From the NCBI GenBank assembly GCA_031441465.1, contig JANOEP010000046.1, positions 1 through 64,000 of the forward strand: DNA of 64,000 bases. The letters are read 5' to 3'. Source of the stretch: a bacterium (GTDB lineage Bacteria > Krumholzibacteriota > Krumholzibacteriia > LZORAL124-64-63). The position numbers and the translations under genes were made by a program. Positions 9,073-18,835 of this stretch are shown piece by piece. Position 1 is the stretch's first letter. The number at the start of each line of letters is the position of its first letter. The notes beneath the pieces were generated by a model. The model had not been told where the DNA came from and made no database searches. It saw only the letters and a program-made list of their open reading frames with translations.

Positions 9073-9570
9073 ATGGTCCACCAGGGAATCCGCCAGTACC
9101 AGCAGACGACGATCTGCAGCCAGAGCCCCGAGCGGCTGATCGTCATGCTCTACGAAGGAGCCTTGCGCTTCCTGGAAAGCGCCCGGGCCGCCGCCCGGGA
9201 CGGCGACCTCCCGGCCATGGGACGGCACGTGGGCCGCGCCCAGCGGATCGTCTTGGAACTGCAGTGCAGCCTCGACCATAATGTCGGCGGCAAGTTGGCC
9301 GACGACCTGGACTCCCTCTACGGCTTCGTCCTGCAGGAACTGACCGCCCTGCGGCTCGACGCCGACGACCAGCACATCGCGGACGTCCGCCGGGTCCTGC
9401 TGCCGTTGCTGGCTGCGTGGCGGGAGGTCCCCCCCGGCTCGGCCGATACGGCCCGTCGTCCAGGGAACAGCAGCGCCGCCCGTTCGGGCATGGATTTTGC
9501 GAGTCAAGCCGCGTACCCGAGTTCCGAATCCACCGTTGTACAGCAAGCTGAACTTTGCCTGGCAGTGTGA
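9073..9570 (+). CDS. fliS: flagellin chaperone FliS
   Basis: SPERLIVMLYEGA, RAQRIVLEL, LDSLYGF motifs. Confidence 0.92.
   Translation: MVHQGIRQYQQTTICSQSPERLIVMLYEGALRFLESARAAARDGDLPAMGRHVGRAQRIVLELQCSLDHNVGGKLADDLDSLYGFVLQELTALRLDADDQHIADVRRVLLPLLAAWREVPPGSADTARRPGNSSAARSGMDFASQAAYPSSESTVVQQAELCLAV
9486..9501 (+). promoter_or_regulatory. possible internal sigma54 promoter in fliS 3' tail
   Basis: GGGCATGGATTTTGCG (GG-N10-GC) 70 bp upstream of ATG 9572. Confidence 0.4.
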
Positions 9571-9571
9571 G

Positions 9572-9898
9572 ATGGACGACAACATTCTCAAATTGCTGGA
9601 ACTATCCCAGGCCCTTCGGAACTGCCTGGACAAGGGCGACCTGAAGAAGTGCACCGGTTTGCTCGAGGAACGGGGGCGACTGCTGCACGAACTCGCCTCC
9701 CGCTTCGACCCGACGACCGGACGACCGCCGCCGCCGGAACTCCAGACGGCTCTGGTCGTGATCCGGGATCTCGATCAAGCTATGGAAGCCAAACTGGCCG
9801 CAGACCTCCAGACCACCGGCCAGGAACTGGTGCGCCTGGCCCCCAAACGGAAACGGGATGCCGAACCGGCATCCCGCTGTCTTGATCGCCAGGCCTGA
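9572..9898 (+). CDS. FliT-like chaperone
   Basis: 108-aa helical protein after fliD-fliS (LLEERGRLLHEL...IRDLDQAM). Confidence 0.6.
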   Translation: MDDNILKLLELSQALRNCLDKGDLKKCTGLLEERGRLLHELASRFDPTTGRPPPPELQTALVVIRDLDQAMEAKLAADLQTTGQELVRLAPKRKRDAEPASRCLDRQA

Positions 9899-9967
9899 CG
9901 CCCGGCGCCGCTGTTTCCCGAACCCCCGTCGCTCCCCGCCGACCGTTCCCCTCCCGGTCAGGGCACC

Positions 9968-10213
9968 CTAGACTTTCTTCGAACCGTTCGCACTCTCGCC
10001 GCCGGGAAAAGCGCCCGGATCCGGCGGCTGCGACTCGGCCGCCTTGAGCGTGATGTTCTTGATCTCTTCGTAGATCTCGTAGCGGTGCACGGGGATGCTG
10101 CGCGGTGCGTCGATCCCGACCTGGACCTGATCGCCGCGAATATCGACGATCATGATCGAGATGTCGTCCCCGATCATGATCTTCTCATTGCGTTTGCGAC
10201 TGAGGATGAGCAC
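9968..10213 (-). CDS. csrA: carbon storage regulator CsrA
   Basis: GTG start with [23 protein letters not shown]...[16 protein letters not shown]. Confidence 0.95.
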   Translation of the reverse strand: MLILSRKRNEKIMIGDDISIMIVDIRGDQVQVGIDAPRSIPVHRYEIYEEIKNITLKAAESQPPDPGAFPGGESANGSKKV

Positions 10214-10281
10214 GTGACCTCCATGTCCCGCTCGTGCCGAGCACGGTCCAACGCCGTCCGCGCGACGACCAGGGTGCTTCC

Positions 10282-10824
10282 CTAGGTCGTCCCGACCAGG
10301 TCCTCGACCACGCTGGTGTTCCGGCTGCCGACAGCATACCCGCCGGACCGATCCTTGTCCACCGCCGTCGCGGACCAGGTCGCCGCTTCGGCGGACCGGG
10401 CCTCGCGGCAGGCGATCCCGAACCGAACCTGGTCGATGGGGTGGCGCAGGGTCCAACGCTCATCGACCAAGACCATCTGCAACCCGTTGCGATTCTTCGA
10501 GTTGACCATCAGGGGCGCCGACAGGTTTCCGGAAACGCTGCCGCCGCCTTCACCCACCGTCGCGATGACCATGACGACCAGGTCCTGGGGGTCGTCCACG
10601 CCGAGCCGCTCGAGGACCGACGGCCGGACTTCAAAGCCATAGTCGTCATGGAAGAAGCCAGGATCGGCCACCGGCACCCGGAAGGCCACCCGGTCCAGGG
10701 ACTGGAGCCATTTCATCGGCAGCGGGGGATCCATGTCAACCAGAATCCAGCGCTTCAGTTCGGGCAGCCCCACCAGACCATCGCGGAAGGTGAGGGTCAC
10801 GGCACGATCGTTCTGCATCTTCAT
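10282..10824 (-). CDS. fliW: flagellar assembly factor FliW
   Basis: [25 protein letters not shown] motifs; adjacent to csrA. Confidence 0.9.
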   Translation of the reverse strand: MKMQNDRAVTLTFRDGLVGLPELKRWILVDMDPPLPMKWLQSLDRVAFRVPVADPGFFHDDYGFEVRPSVLERLGVDDPQDLVVMVIATVGEGGGSVSGNLSAPLMVNSKNRNGLQMVLVDERWTLRHPIDQVRFGIACREARSAEAATWSATAVDKDRSGGYAVGSRNTSVVEDLVGTT

Positions 10825-10849
10825 GGTCACTCCTTCGTCTCTCTCGCGC

Positions 10850-12400
10850 CTACAGGTAATCGAAAAGGCTCATCTGCATCAGTTGGCTCGAGACCATCAG
10901 GCTGGCCTGGTAGGTCGTTTCCGCCATCTTGAGTTGCGAGGACAGCCGGATCAGGTCCGCGTCGCGGACGTCCGACAGGTTGCGGCCCAGCGCGATGTCG
11001 TGCTCGGCGTTCAGGCCTTCCATCCAGTCGAGCATGGTTTCGCGCCCGCCCAGGGAGGTCTCGAGGCGCAGGAGGTGTTCCTCGAGGGCCTCCAACTCAC
11101 CCAGGCCGCGACGCATGCCGTCGAGGTCGCTCGCCTGCATGGCGGCTTGCAGTTCATCCAGGACGCCGAACAGGCGGTGCGGGTGCCCCTCCCCGATCAG
11201 GCCCAACGCCGCCGCGGTGCCGTCGGAGGGCAACGCGGAGATCGTGAAGGCCGTGCCCGACGCCGCGCTGATGTTCAGGGCCGCGCCGTCGAGTTCCAGC
11301 GTCAACGCGGGCAGGCCGGCGGCCGTCACGGCCGCCTCGAAGATGGTCCGGACGTCCCCGAGCGTCGTGGCGCCCGACAGGTTCACCGTCGCGGTCACGC
11401 CGTCGACTTCCACCTGCAGGGAGCCGAGGGGCAGCTGCCCGGCGAGCGAAGGCACGTCGGTCAGGGCGACCGACCAGTCCGGGGAGACGCGCACGTCGGT
11501 GCCGGTCACGATGCCGTCCGCAGCGCTGCCGACCAGTCCCAGGGACAACGCCGTGCCGCCGCCGGTGGGATCGCCGAAGGTCAGCGGTCCGCCCGCGGGG
11601 TCGGCGACCTGGAAGCCCGAGCCGTCGGGCGAGATCGCGGCGTTCAGGCCGGCCGCGTTCAGCAGCGCCAGCAGGTCGCCGACGGTGCCGGCGCCGGACA
11701 AGTCGAGCTGCATCTGCACGTCGTCGGCGCCGGTCCACTGGACGATGCCGGGCTCCCAGCCCTCGCCGTAGGCCAGGTCGTTCAGCGAGGTGCCGGAGGT
11801 GATCGTCGGCGCCAGATCCCCGATGCCCAGCAGCGCCGAGGCCGTGGTGCCGATCAGTTCGCTGCCCGGGATGTTGACCGGCATGTTGGTGTGCGGGCCG
11901 ATCTGGACCCCCATGACGCCGAGGTCCCCCTGGTAGACGACCTGCCCGCCCACGCGCACGAACGAGGCGATGTCGGTGCGGAAGCCCCCGAACAGGGAGT
12001 TGCCCTCGACGGACTGGTTCACGACCCCGAGCACCCGTTGCACGATGGAGGCGATCGCCACGGCCCCGATCCGGTTGGTTTCGGGCGAGGCCGCGCCGCT
12101 GACCTCCCGCTGGGCGAGTTCGCGCGCGTCGCGCAGCAGGTCGACCAGATCCAGCAGCGCGGTGTCGGTCTGCTGCACCATGGTGCGGGCGCGCTCGATG
12201 TTGCGCGCGTACTGGCCGTTCTCCTTCAGCAGCGACTCGTAGCGCTGGATCAGGCCGACGCCCTGCGGGTCGTCGGCGTAATCGTTGACGCGCCAGCTGC
12301 TGGACACCTGTTCCTGCAGCCGCGTCATGCTCAGCAGGTTGGCGTTGGTGTGCCTGAAGATCAGGCTCGCGACGTGGCTGTTGGTCACTCTCGAGATCAT
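10850..12400 (-). CDS. flgL: hook-associated protein 3 FlgL
   Basis: flagellin-like termini, ADDPQG, YQGD, YQASL...MSLFDYL. Confidence 0.9.
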   Translation of the reverse strand: MISRVTNSHVASLIFRHTNANLLSMTRLQEQVSSSWRVNDYADDPQGVGLIQRYESLLKENGQYARNIERARTMVQQTDTALLDLVDLLRDARELAQREVSGAASPETNRIGAVAIASIVQRVLGVVNQSVEGNSLFGGFRTDIASFVRVGGQVVYQGDLGVMGVQIGPHTNMPVNIPGSELIGTTASALLGIGDLAPTITSGTSLNDLAYGEGWEPGIVQWTGADDVQMQLDLSGAGTVGDLLALLNAAGLNAAISPDGSGFQVADPAGGPLTFGDPTGGGTALSLGLVGSAADGIVTGTDVRVSPDWSVALTDVPSLAGQLPLGSLQVEVDGVTATVNLSGATTLGDVRTIFEAAVTAAGLPALTLELDGAALNISAASGTAFTISALPSDGTAAALGLIGEGHPHRLFGVLDELQAAMQASDLDGMRRGLGELEALEEHLLRLETSLGGRETMLDWMEGLNAEHDIALGRNLSDVRDADLIRLSSQLKMAETTYQASLMVSSQLMQMSLFDYL

Positions 12401-12414
12401 GAGCGTCCTTCCGG

Positions 12415-13788
12415 TCAGACCATCGTCAGGATGGTGTCGAACATGTCCTGGACCATGGCGATGACCTTGGCGTTCGCTTCGTAGGCGTTCTGGAAGAGCG
12501 CCAGGTTGGCCGCTTCCTCGTCCAGGCTGACGCCCCGGATCGAATCCAGGCGCGTGCCCAGGGACTCCACGAGCTGAGCCTGCGAGGAGACCCGGTCGCC
12601 GCTGGCGGCGCTGCGGGAGGCGAGATCCAGGATCAGGGAGTTGAACATCTCCGGCAGGCTCTGGCCGTCCACCACCGACGCGCCGGACTGGCCCAGCGCG
12701 GCGATCGCCTGCGCGAGGTCGGTGTCGCCTTCCAGGCCGGAGCGGGACGCCGCCACCAGGGTCGGGTCGAGCCGCAGGGCCGGGTTCAGGGCGATGTTCG
12801 CGGCCGAATCGCCCGTGAAGAACAGCACGCCGCTGCCGCCGGGGGTCTGGCCCTGGGCGTGCAGCTCGTTCACCCGTGCGATCAGTTCGCCCGCCACCTT
12901 GTCGAGGCGCTCCCGCGCGTGCAGCACCTGCTCGTCGCGCGCCTCGATCAGGCCCCGCAGCGACCCCTCGCCCATCTCCACGTCGTAGCCGCCGGCGACG
13001 GTCGTCACCCGCGCCGAGCCGGCGCTGCTGCCGTCGCCGTCGTCCCGCGAGATGGTCAACGCCTGCACGTGCTCGCGCGTGACCACGGTGCGCCCCCCGA
13101 TCAGGACGTCGACCGTGCCGTCCTCGCGCTCGATCGCCTCGGACTGGGTCAACTGCGCGATCTCGTCCAGCACCAGGTTGCGCTGGTCGCGCAGGTCGTT
13201 GGCCGAGGTCGACGACGATTCGGTCATGACGATGAGCCGGTTCAGGTCGGCCACGTTGGACAGCAGCGCGTTGAGGCGGTCGACCCCGTTCTCGAGGCGC
13301 GTGTCGAGGTCGCGGGACAGCTCGTCGAGCGAGGCGCTCATGGTGCGGAAATCCGCCGCCAGCCGGTCGGCGGAGTCGGCCACGTGCTCCTGCAGCGTCA
13401 TGGTGACCGGCGGCGTGGCCAGGGCGCTCCAGGCGTTGAAGAAATCGCTCATGGCGGTGCCGAGGTGGTTGTTCTCAACCGAGCCGAAAATCGCCTCCAC
13501 GTCGCCGAGCGCCATGTCCACGGTATCGAACTGGGTCAACCGGGCGTCCTGCGCCCGCAGGCGGCCGGTCAGGAACTCGTCGGTCATGCGCCGCACGTCG
13601 AGCACCATCGTGCCCGTGCCCAGGACGCCGTAGGTCAGCGATTGGCCGCGCTGGGTCCCGGTGAGGGTCCGCTGGCGGCTGTAGCCGATCGTGTTCGCGT
13701 TGGCGATGTTGTGGCCGGTGGTCTGCAGGGACGTCCCGGCGGCGAACATGCCGCTCAACCCGATCCGCATGATGCTGTTGAGGCTCAT
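12415..13788 (-). CDS. flgK: hook-associated protein 1 FlgK
   Basis: GHNIANANTIGYSRQR, ANDLRDQR, GVSLDEEAANL..FQNAYEANAKVI. Confidence 0.95.
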   Translation of the reverse strand: MSLNSIMRIGLSGMFAAGTSLQTTGHNIANANTIGYSRQRTLTGTQRGQSLTYGVLGTGTMVLDVRRMTDEFLTGRLRAQDARLTQFDTVDMALGDVEAIFGSVENNHLGTAMSDFFNAWSALATPPVTMTLQEHVADSADRLAADFRTMSASLDELSRDLDTRLENGVDRLNALLSNVADLNRLIVMTESSSTSANDLRDQRNLVLDEIAQLTQSEAIEREDGTVDVLIGGRTVVTREHVQALTISRDDGDGSSAGSARVTTVAGGYDVEMGEGSLRGLIEARDEQVLHARERLDKVAGELIARVNELHAQGQTPGGSGVLFFTGDSAANIALNPALRLDPTLVAASRSGLEGDTDLAQAIAALGQSGASVVDGQSLPEMFNSLILDLASRSAASGDRVSSQAQLVESLGTRLDSIRGVSLDEEAANLALFQNAYEANAKVIAMVQDMFDTILTMV

Positions 13789-13797
13789 GTCACTCCC

Positions 13798-14328
13798 TCA
13801 TGCCTGACGTTCCAGGACGTTGGCCGCGCCGCCGGTCGGCCGGTGGCCGCGATCGTCGTAACAGGGGTCCTGCCCGGCAACGCCGCGCCGGAAGACGGCC
13901 GACTCCTCGGCGACCAGGTCCAGGCAGAAGCGCGCCAGCACCCCGTTGAGCGAGTTCTGCCGCACCAGTTCGGTCGCGGTCCGCTCCCAGTCACCCAGGA
14001 CACGCCTCAGCTCCTCCCCCGCCTGGCCGGCGGCGAGGCGGGACAGGCGGGTCATGCGCAGCTCGTCGCAGGGGATGCCCAGCCGACCGCCGACTTCCAG
14101 CAGGAACCGTTCCCGTCGCGAGCGGGCCTCGCGGGCCGCCGGCAGGTAACGCCCCCACTCCCTGGCGTTGAACTCCAGTCGGGGCACGTCCTGGCGGCGC
14201 ATGTAGCGGTTCTGCCGGACGGCCAGCCGCAGCAGGCGCCGGTACTCGCGGTCCTCGCTCGCGAGCAGGCCGGTCAGCCGCTCGCAATCGCCAGGAGCCG
14301 GACGGGTCGTGGCGTCGTGTTCGCTCAT
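13798..14328 (-). CDS. flgN: FlgN export chaperone
   Basis: helical protein between flgJ and flgK; QNSLNGVL and C-terminal YDDRG motif. Confidence 0.65.
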   Translation of the reverse strand: MSEHDATTRPAPGDCERLTGLLASEDREYRRLLRLAVRQNRYMRRQDVPRLEFNAREWGRYLPAAREARSRRERFLLEVGGRLGIPCDELRMTRLSRLAAGQAGEELRRVLGDWERTATELVRQNSLNGVLARFCLDLVAEESAVFRRGVAGQDPCYDDRGHRPTGGAANVLERQA

Positions 14329-15353
14329 GAGTCCTCCCGCACCGCCGACGCGTCGCCGGAGGCTCCGGTCAGTCGGCGGAACATGTCCGTGATGCGTGCG
14401 ACATACTGCTGCGTCTCGCGGAACCGGGGCACGCTGCGCCCGGCGCGGTCGACGTTGCCGGGGCCGGCGTTGTAGGCCGCCAGGGCCAGGGTCAGGTCAC
14501 CGTCGTAGCGGTCGCGCAGCCGGGCCAGGTAGCGGGCGCCGCCGCGGATGCCCGACGCCGGGTCGTGCGGGTCGCTCACGCCCAGCTCCCGGGCCGTCGC
14601 CGGCATCAGCTGCATGAGGCCGCGCGCACCCTTGGGCGACACGGCGCGGGCGTTGCCGCCGGACTCCTGCATGATCACCGCGAGGACCAGTTCGGGCTCG
14701 AGACCGGTCTCGCGCGCCGCCGCCTCGATCGCAGGGCCGTGGGTGCGGACGGTGTCGGCCGCCGCCTTGCCCAGGACCGCCGCACGCGCGCGCAGGCTGT
14801 CCGCGGTGTCGGCGACCGCCGGCGCCGTGCGTGGCGCGACCGCTCCGTAGGCCTGCAGCGCCTGCCGCGCCGTCGCGGTGGCCAGCAGGCGTTGGCGGAC
14901 CGGTGCGGGCGGCAACGCCGTCGCGGGCCTGTCGTCGCGCATGACCGGCGCGACCGCGGGCACGGCCGATGTCGCGGCGGGCGGGAACGCCGAAGGCGCG
15001 GCAGACGACCAGGCCCGCGGCGGCGCGGCCGTCCGCGTGTCGAGCGGGGCTTCCCCGCGGGCCGCCGCCAGGTAGCGGTCGGTGATCAGGTCGGCGATGC
15101 CCAGGCCCCCCTGGCCGCCGATCTGCTGCGACAGTTCCTCGTCCAGCAGCTGACGGTAGGTTTCGATCTCCCCGGAGTTGTCGATCAGGTCGCTCATCGG
15201 CACCGTGCTGCGCATCGACTTCAGCAAGGTCTGCACGAACAACCCCTCGAACTGCTTCGCGGCCTCACGCAGCCGGGCTTCCCGGCGCGCGGGCGCGTCG
15301 TTCGGGTTGGTGAGGGGGCGGGGCCCCGCGGTTGCCGTGTCGACGTTCATCAT
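14325..15353 (-). CDS. flgJ: FlgJ rod-binding domain fused to lytic transglycosylase (SLT)
   Basis: LREAAKQFEGLFVQTLLKSMR rod-binding motif; QESGG, GLMQLMPATA, AYNAGPG SLT motifs. Confidence 0.85.
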   Translation of the reverse strand: MMNVDTATAGPRPLTNPNDAPARREARLREAAKQFEGLFVQTLLKSMRSTVPMSDLIDNSGEIETYRQLLDEELSQQIGGQGGLGIADLITDRYLAAARGEAPLDTRTAAPPRAWSSAAPSAFPPAATSAVPAVAPVMRDDRPATALPPAPVRQRLLATATARQALQAYGAVAPRTAPAVADTADSLRARAAVLGKAAADTVRTHGPAIEAAARETGLEPELVLAVIMQESGGNARAVSPKGARGLMQLMPATARELGVSDPHDPASGIRGGARYLARLRDRYDGDLTLALAAYNAGPGNVDRAGRSVPRFRETQQYVARITDMFRRLTGASGDASAVREDS

Positions 15354-15357
15354 CCCC

Positions 15358-16476
15358 CTACATGACGACCAGTTCGGCCTGCAACGCGCCCGCCTGCCGC
15401 AACGCCTGCAGGATGGCGATGATGTCGCGGGGGCTGGCCCCGGCCTCGTTCAGCACGCCGACCACGTCCTGGACCGTCCCGGTCTGGGGCACGTACAGCA
15501 CCGCGGCCTCCTTCTCCTGGACGTCGGCCGTCACGTTGGGCGTGACGACGGTTTCGCCGCTCTCGTTGAAGGAGTTGGGCTGCGAGACGTCGTAGGTGGT
15601 CCGGATGACGACCTTGAGGTTGCCGTGAGCGACTGCGGCCTCCCGCAGCTGCACCCCCTGCCCCACGATGATCGTGCCGGTGCGCTCGTTGATCACGACA
15701 CGGGCGGCCTGGTCGCTCTCGGCCGGCAGTTCGCCCATGCGCGCGATGAAGTCCACGGGGCGTTCCAGGAAGCTCTCCGGGATCATCACCTCGATCCGCT
15801 GCGCGTCGAGGGCCCGCGCTGCGCCCGCACCGAAGACGCCGTTGATGGCGTCGGCCACGCGCTGGCAGGTCAGGAAGTCGGGGTTGTGGAGCAGCCAGGA
15901 CATGGCGCCGGCCTCGATGAAGGCGCCCGGCAGCCGGCGTTCCAGTTTGGCGCCGCCGGAGATCAGGCCCACGGTCGCGTGGTTCTTGCGGACCGAGTTG
16001 TTCGCCCCGCCGGAGACGTTGAAGCCGCCGATCGAGACCGGTCCCTGGGCCACGGCGTAGACCAGGCCGTCGGCGCCCTTCAGCGGGCTCATGATCAGCA
16101 TGCCGCCCTCGAGGCTGGAACAGTCGCCCAGCGAACTCACGGTGGCGTCGACGCGGCTGCCCGGCGCGGCGCCGGGATCCGCCTGGGCGGTGATCAGCAC
16201 CGCCGCGACGTTCTTCAGCTTGACCATCGCCGGGTCGACGGTGATGTCCAGGCGCTCCAGCAGCGAGGTCAGCGAGTTCACCGTGAAGGCGGCGCTCTGG
16301 CCGTCGCCGGTGCCGGTCAAACCCACGACCAGGCCGTACCCCAGCAGCGGTTCGCGGTCGGTGCCCGCGACCGTCGCCAGGTCCTTGATGCGCGAAGCCG
16401 CCGCCGGCGCCGCCGACAGCAAGCCGGCCGCCAGCAGCGCGAGGAGGGGAAGGTTCGGGATGCGTCGCAGGATCAT
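15358..16476 (-). CDS. flgI: P-ring protein FlgI
   Basis: signal peptide then RIKDL, GYGLVVGLTGTGD, ARVVINERTGTII, ILQALRQAGAL. Confidence 0.95.
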   Translation of the reverse strand: MILRRIPNLPLLALLAAGLLSAAPAAASRIKDLATVAGTDREPLLGYGLVVGLTGTGDGQSAAFTVNSLTSLLERLDITVDPAMVKLKNVAAVLITAQADPGAAPGSRVDATVSSLGDCSSLEGGMLIMSPLKGADGLVYAVAQGPVSIGGFNVSGGANNSVRKNHATVGLISGGAKLERRLPGAFIEAGAMSWLLHNPDFLTCQRVADAINGVFGAGAARALDAQRIEVMIPESFLERPVDFIARMGELPAESDQAARVVINERTGTIIVGQGVQLREAAVAHGNLKVVIRTTYDVSQPNSFNESGETVVTPNVTADVQEKEAAVLYVPQTGTVQDVVGVLNEAGASPRDIIAILQALRQAGALQAELVVM

Positions 16477-16484
16477 CGCCCCTC

Positions 16485-17075
16485 CTAGAAGAGCCAGTTG
16501 ACGAGTTTGGTGATCACGCCCGGTTCGCTGCTTGCGTTGACCGGCCCGGTCCCGTTGTAGGCGATCCGGGCGTCGGCGATGTACGTCGAGTAGATCGTGT
16601 TGTCGGGCTGGATGTCGCGCGCGCGGCAGCTGCCGCTGATCTCGATGAGCTGGCGCTCGCCGTTGATGTCGACCATGCGCGTGCCCGAGAGCATGTAGTC
16701 GCCGTTGTGCAGGACCTCCACGATGCGCACCGTGATCTCGGCCTGCAGGTTGCCGGTGCGCTGGGTCCGCCCGTCGCCGGTGAACTTGTTCTCGGTGTTC
16801 AGGCCCCAGTCGGTCAGCACGTCCAGGAAGCCCAGTCCCGGACCGCCCTTGACCTCCGATTTGTTGTTGGCGTCGGTCTTGGCGGTGGCGTTGGCCGAAG
16901 ACTCCTCGACGATTAGGATCGTGACGATGTCCCCCACGCGGCACGCCTTGGCGTTGCTGACCAGGGAGCGCCCCGACTCCAGGTCGATCAGCGGTCCGGA
17001 AGCCCGGGCCGTCGACGCGGCCAGCGCGCCGAGGGCCAGCGCCGCGATCAGGATGCGAAACCTTGTGCTCACCAT
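16485..17075 (-). CDS. flgH: L-ring protein FlgH
   Basis: VGDIVTILIVE, RARDIQPDNTIYSTYIADARIAY. Confidence 0.9.
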   Translation of the reverse strand: MVSTRFRILIAALALGALAASTARASGPLIDLESGRSLVSNAKACRVGDIVTILIVEESSANATAKTDANNKSEVKGGPGLGFLDVLTDWGLNTENKFTGDGRTQRTGNLQAEITVRIVEVLHNGDYMLSGTRMVDINGERQLIEISGSCRARDIQPDNTIYSTYIADARIAYNGTGPVNASSEPGVITKLVNWLF

Positions 17076-17083
17076 CTTGCCCC

Positions 17084-18031
17084 TCACCTGTTCCAGGCCA
17101 CCCGGCCCGGCCCCTCGACGCGGGCCCGGACCAACCGGCCGTCCAGTTCGTTGCGCACGGAGATCTGTTCGCCGCCGGCGCCGTCTTCCCGGGCGACGGC
17201 CATGGTCGTCACCGAGACGCCGCCGCGATCCAGCACGAGTTCCACCCTCTGCCCGGCCGTGATCAGCGGCGTGCGCCGCACCGCGGCCTGCCGCAGGATC
17301 GCGCCCGCCGCCACCGGCGAGGCGCACGTCATGCCGGCCGCCGCCGCCCGGCCGACCAGTTCGCCGCCGCGCAGCCCCGACAGGTCGCACCACTCCCAAG
17401 CCACCAGGTCGCCGTCCAGGGGCAGACCCGGCTGCAGGTCCGCGCGGGCGCGCGCGATCTCGCCGTGGAGGTGGCAGACCACCGTCGCGGTGAAGCGCGC
17501 CGCGCCGCGGCCGGCGTCGAGGCGCACGCGCACCAGGTTGCGCCCGGCCAGCAGGGGCCGCGGCTCGATCAGGGCCAGGCTCCAGGCGCCGTCCAGGGCC
17601 GGCGACGGCAGGTCGCCGGCGATCTCCAGCGTCGTCGGCGGGCCGTCGGGCGCCGCCGGAGGCAGCCAGGACACCAGCGCCTCCCGCAGCGCGGATTCGA
17701 TCCGCGAGGGATCCAGGCGCGTCGCCGCGAAGGTCACGACGCAGTGTGCGGGGCCGCGGCAGACGACGTCGGCCGCGAGCCGTTCGGTCACCAGCCGCCG
17801 CAGCACGGCGGCGCGATCCAGGGTCAGCGTCCCGCCCGGCGCGCCGTCGGCGGCGAGCACCAGGGCGGCCGCGTCGGCCGGCAGCGCGCCCAGCGCGACG
17901 TCGCCGAGCAGCACGACCCCGCCGTCCGCGGTCCAGACCTCCCGCAACTCCAGCACCCAGGCGCGCGCCGTCAGGGGCGCCGCCAGGGCGGCGAGCAGCA
18001 GCAGGAAGGGCACGGCACCGCGTCGCGTCAC
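17084..18031 (-). CDS. flgA: P-ring chaperone FlgA
   Basis: signal peptide; SAF-like region and C-terminal AREDGAGGEQISVRN. Confidence 0.8.
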   Translation of the reverse strand: MTRRGAVPFLLLLAALAAPLTARAWVLELREVWTADGGVVLLGDVALGALPADAAALVLAADGAPGGTLTLDRAAVLRRLVTERLAADVVCRGPAHCVVTFAATRLDPSRIESALREALVSWLPPAAPDGPPTTLEIAGDLPSPALDGAWSLALIEPRPLLAGRNLVRVRLDAGRGAARFTATVVCHLHGEIARARADLQPGLPLDGDLVAWEWCDLSGLRGGELVGRAAAAGMTCASPVAAGAILRQAAVRRTPLITAGQRVELVLDRGGVSVTTMAVAREDGAGGEQISVRNELDGRLVRARVEGPGRVAWNR

Positions 18032-18035
18032 GTCG

Positions 18036-18821
18036 CTACCTCTTGAGCTGGTTGACCGTCTGCATCATGTCGTCGGACATGGTAATCGTCTTGGCGTTGA
18101 GTTCGTAGGCGCGCTGCGCCGTGATCATCTTGACCAGTTCCTCGACCGTCTCGACGTTGCTCATCTCCAGGAAGCCCGAGGCGATCTCGCCCAACCCGTC
18201 CTGGCCGGCCTGGCTGATCAGCGGCTGCCCGCTGTTGGGGGACGGCAGCAGGACGTTGCCGCCGCGGTTGGTCAGGCCCGCCGGGTTGGCGAACTTCGCC
18301 AATTCGATCTGGGCCACGTCCTGGACCGTGGCGGAGTCGCCGGCCAGCAGCACCGAGACTGTGCCGTCGCGCGCGATGCTGACCTCCGTGGCGTCCAGGG
18401 GGATCTGGATGGGCGGATTGATCCGGTAGCCGGCCGCCGTGACGAGGTTGCGGTCGGCGTCCATCTTGAACGAGCCGTCGCGGGTGTAGCCCACCGACCC
18501 GTCGGGCAGGCTCACCTGGAAGAAGCCGTTGCCCTCGATCATCATGTCCAGGGGGTTCTCGGTCTGGGTGATCAGCCCCTGGGAATAGACACGCGTGGTG
18601 CCGACCAGCTTCACGCCGTGGCCGATCTCCACCCGCGTGGGGCTGGCGTCGCCGCTGCCGCGCCCGGTGGGCACGATCTGCTCGTAGAGCAGGTCCTGGA
18701 ACTCGGCGTGGCTCTTCTTGTAGCCGGCCGTGTTCACGTTCGCCAGGTTGTTGGAGATCGTGTCGATATTCGTCTGCTGGGCCTTCATGCCCGACGCGGC
18801 GCTCGTCATCGCTCGCAGCAT
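18036..18821 (-). CDS. flgG: distal rod protein FlgG
   Basis: SNNLANVNTAGYKK..EFQDLLY, YTRDGSF, LEMSNV..EELVKMITAQRAYE. Confidence 0.97.
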   Translation of the reverse strand: MLRAMTSAASGMKAQQTNIDTISNNLANVNTAGYKKSHAEFQDLLYEQIVPTGRGSGDASPTRVEIGHGVKLVGTTRVYSQGLITQTENPLDMMIEGNGFFQVSLPDGSVGYTRDGSFKMDADRNLVTAAGYRINPPIQIPLDATEVSIARDGTVSVLLAGDSATVQDVAQIELAKFANPAGLTNRGGNVLLPSPNSGQPLISQAGQDGLGEIASGFLEMSNVETVEELVKMITAQRAYELNAKTITMSDDMMQTVNQLKR

Positions 18822-18835
18822 GGTTCACTCCTCGG

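Noticed and set aside
915..9654. Very long ORFs antisense or off-frame to real genes (e.g. 3661-6585 +, 6811-9654 -, N-terminal part of 921-3977)
   Set aside because: Shadow ORFs typical of high-GC DNA; they overlap genes with clear motifs and have no recognisable domains
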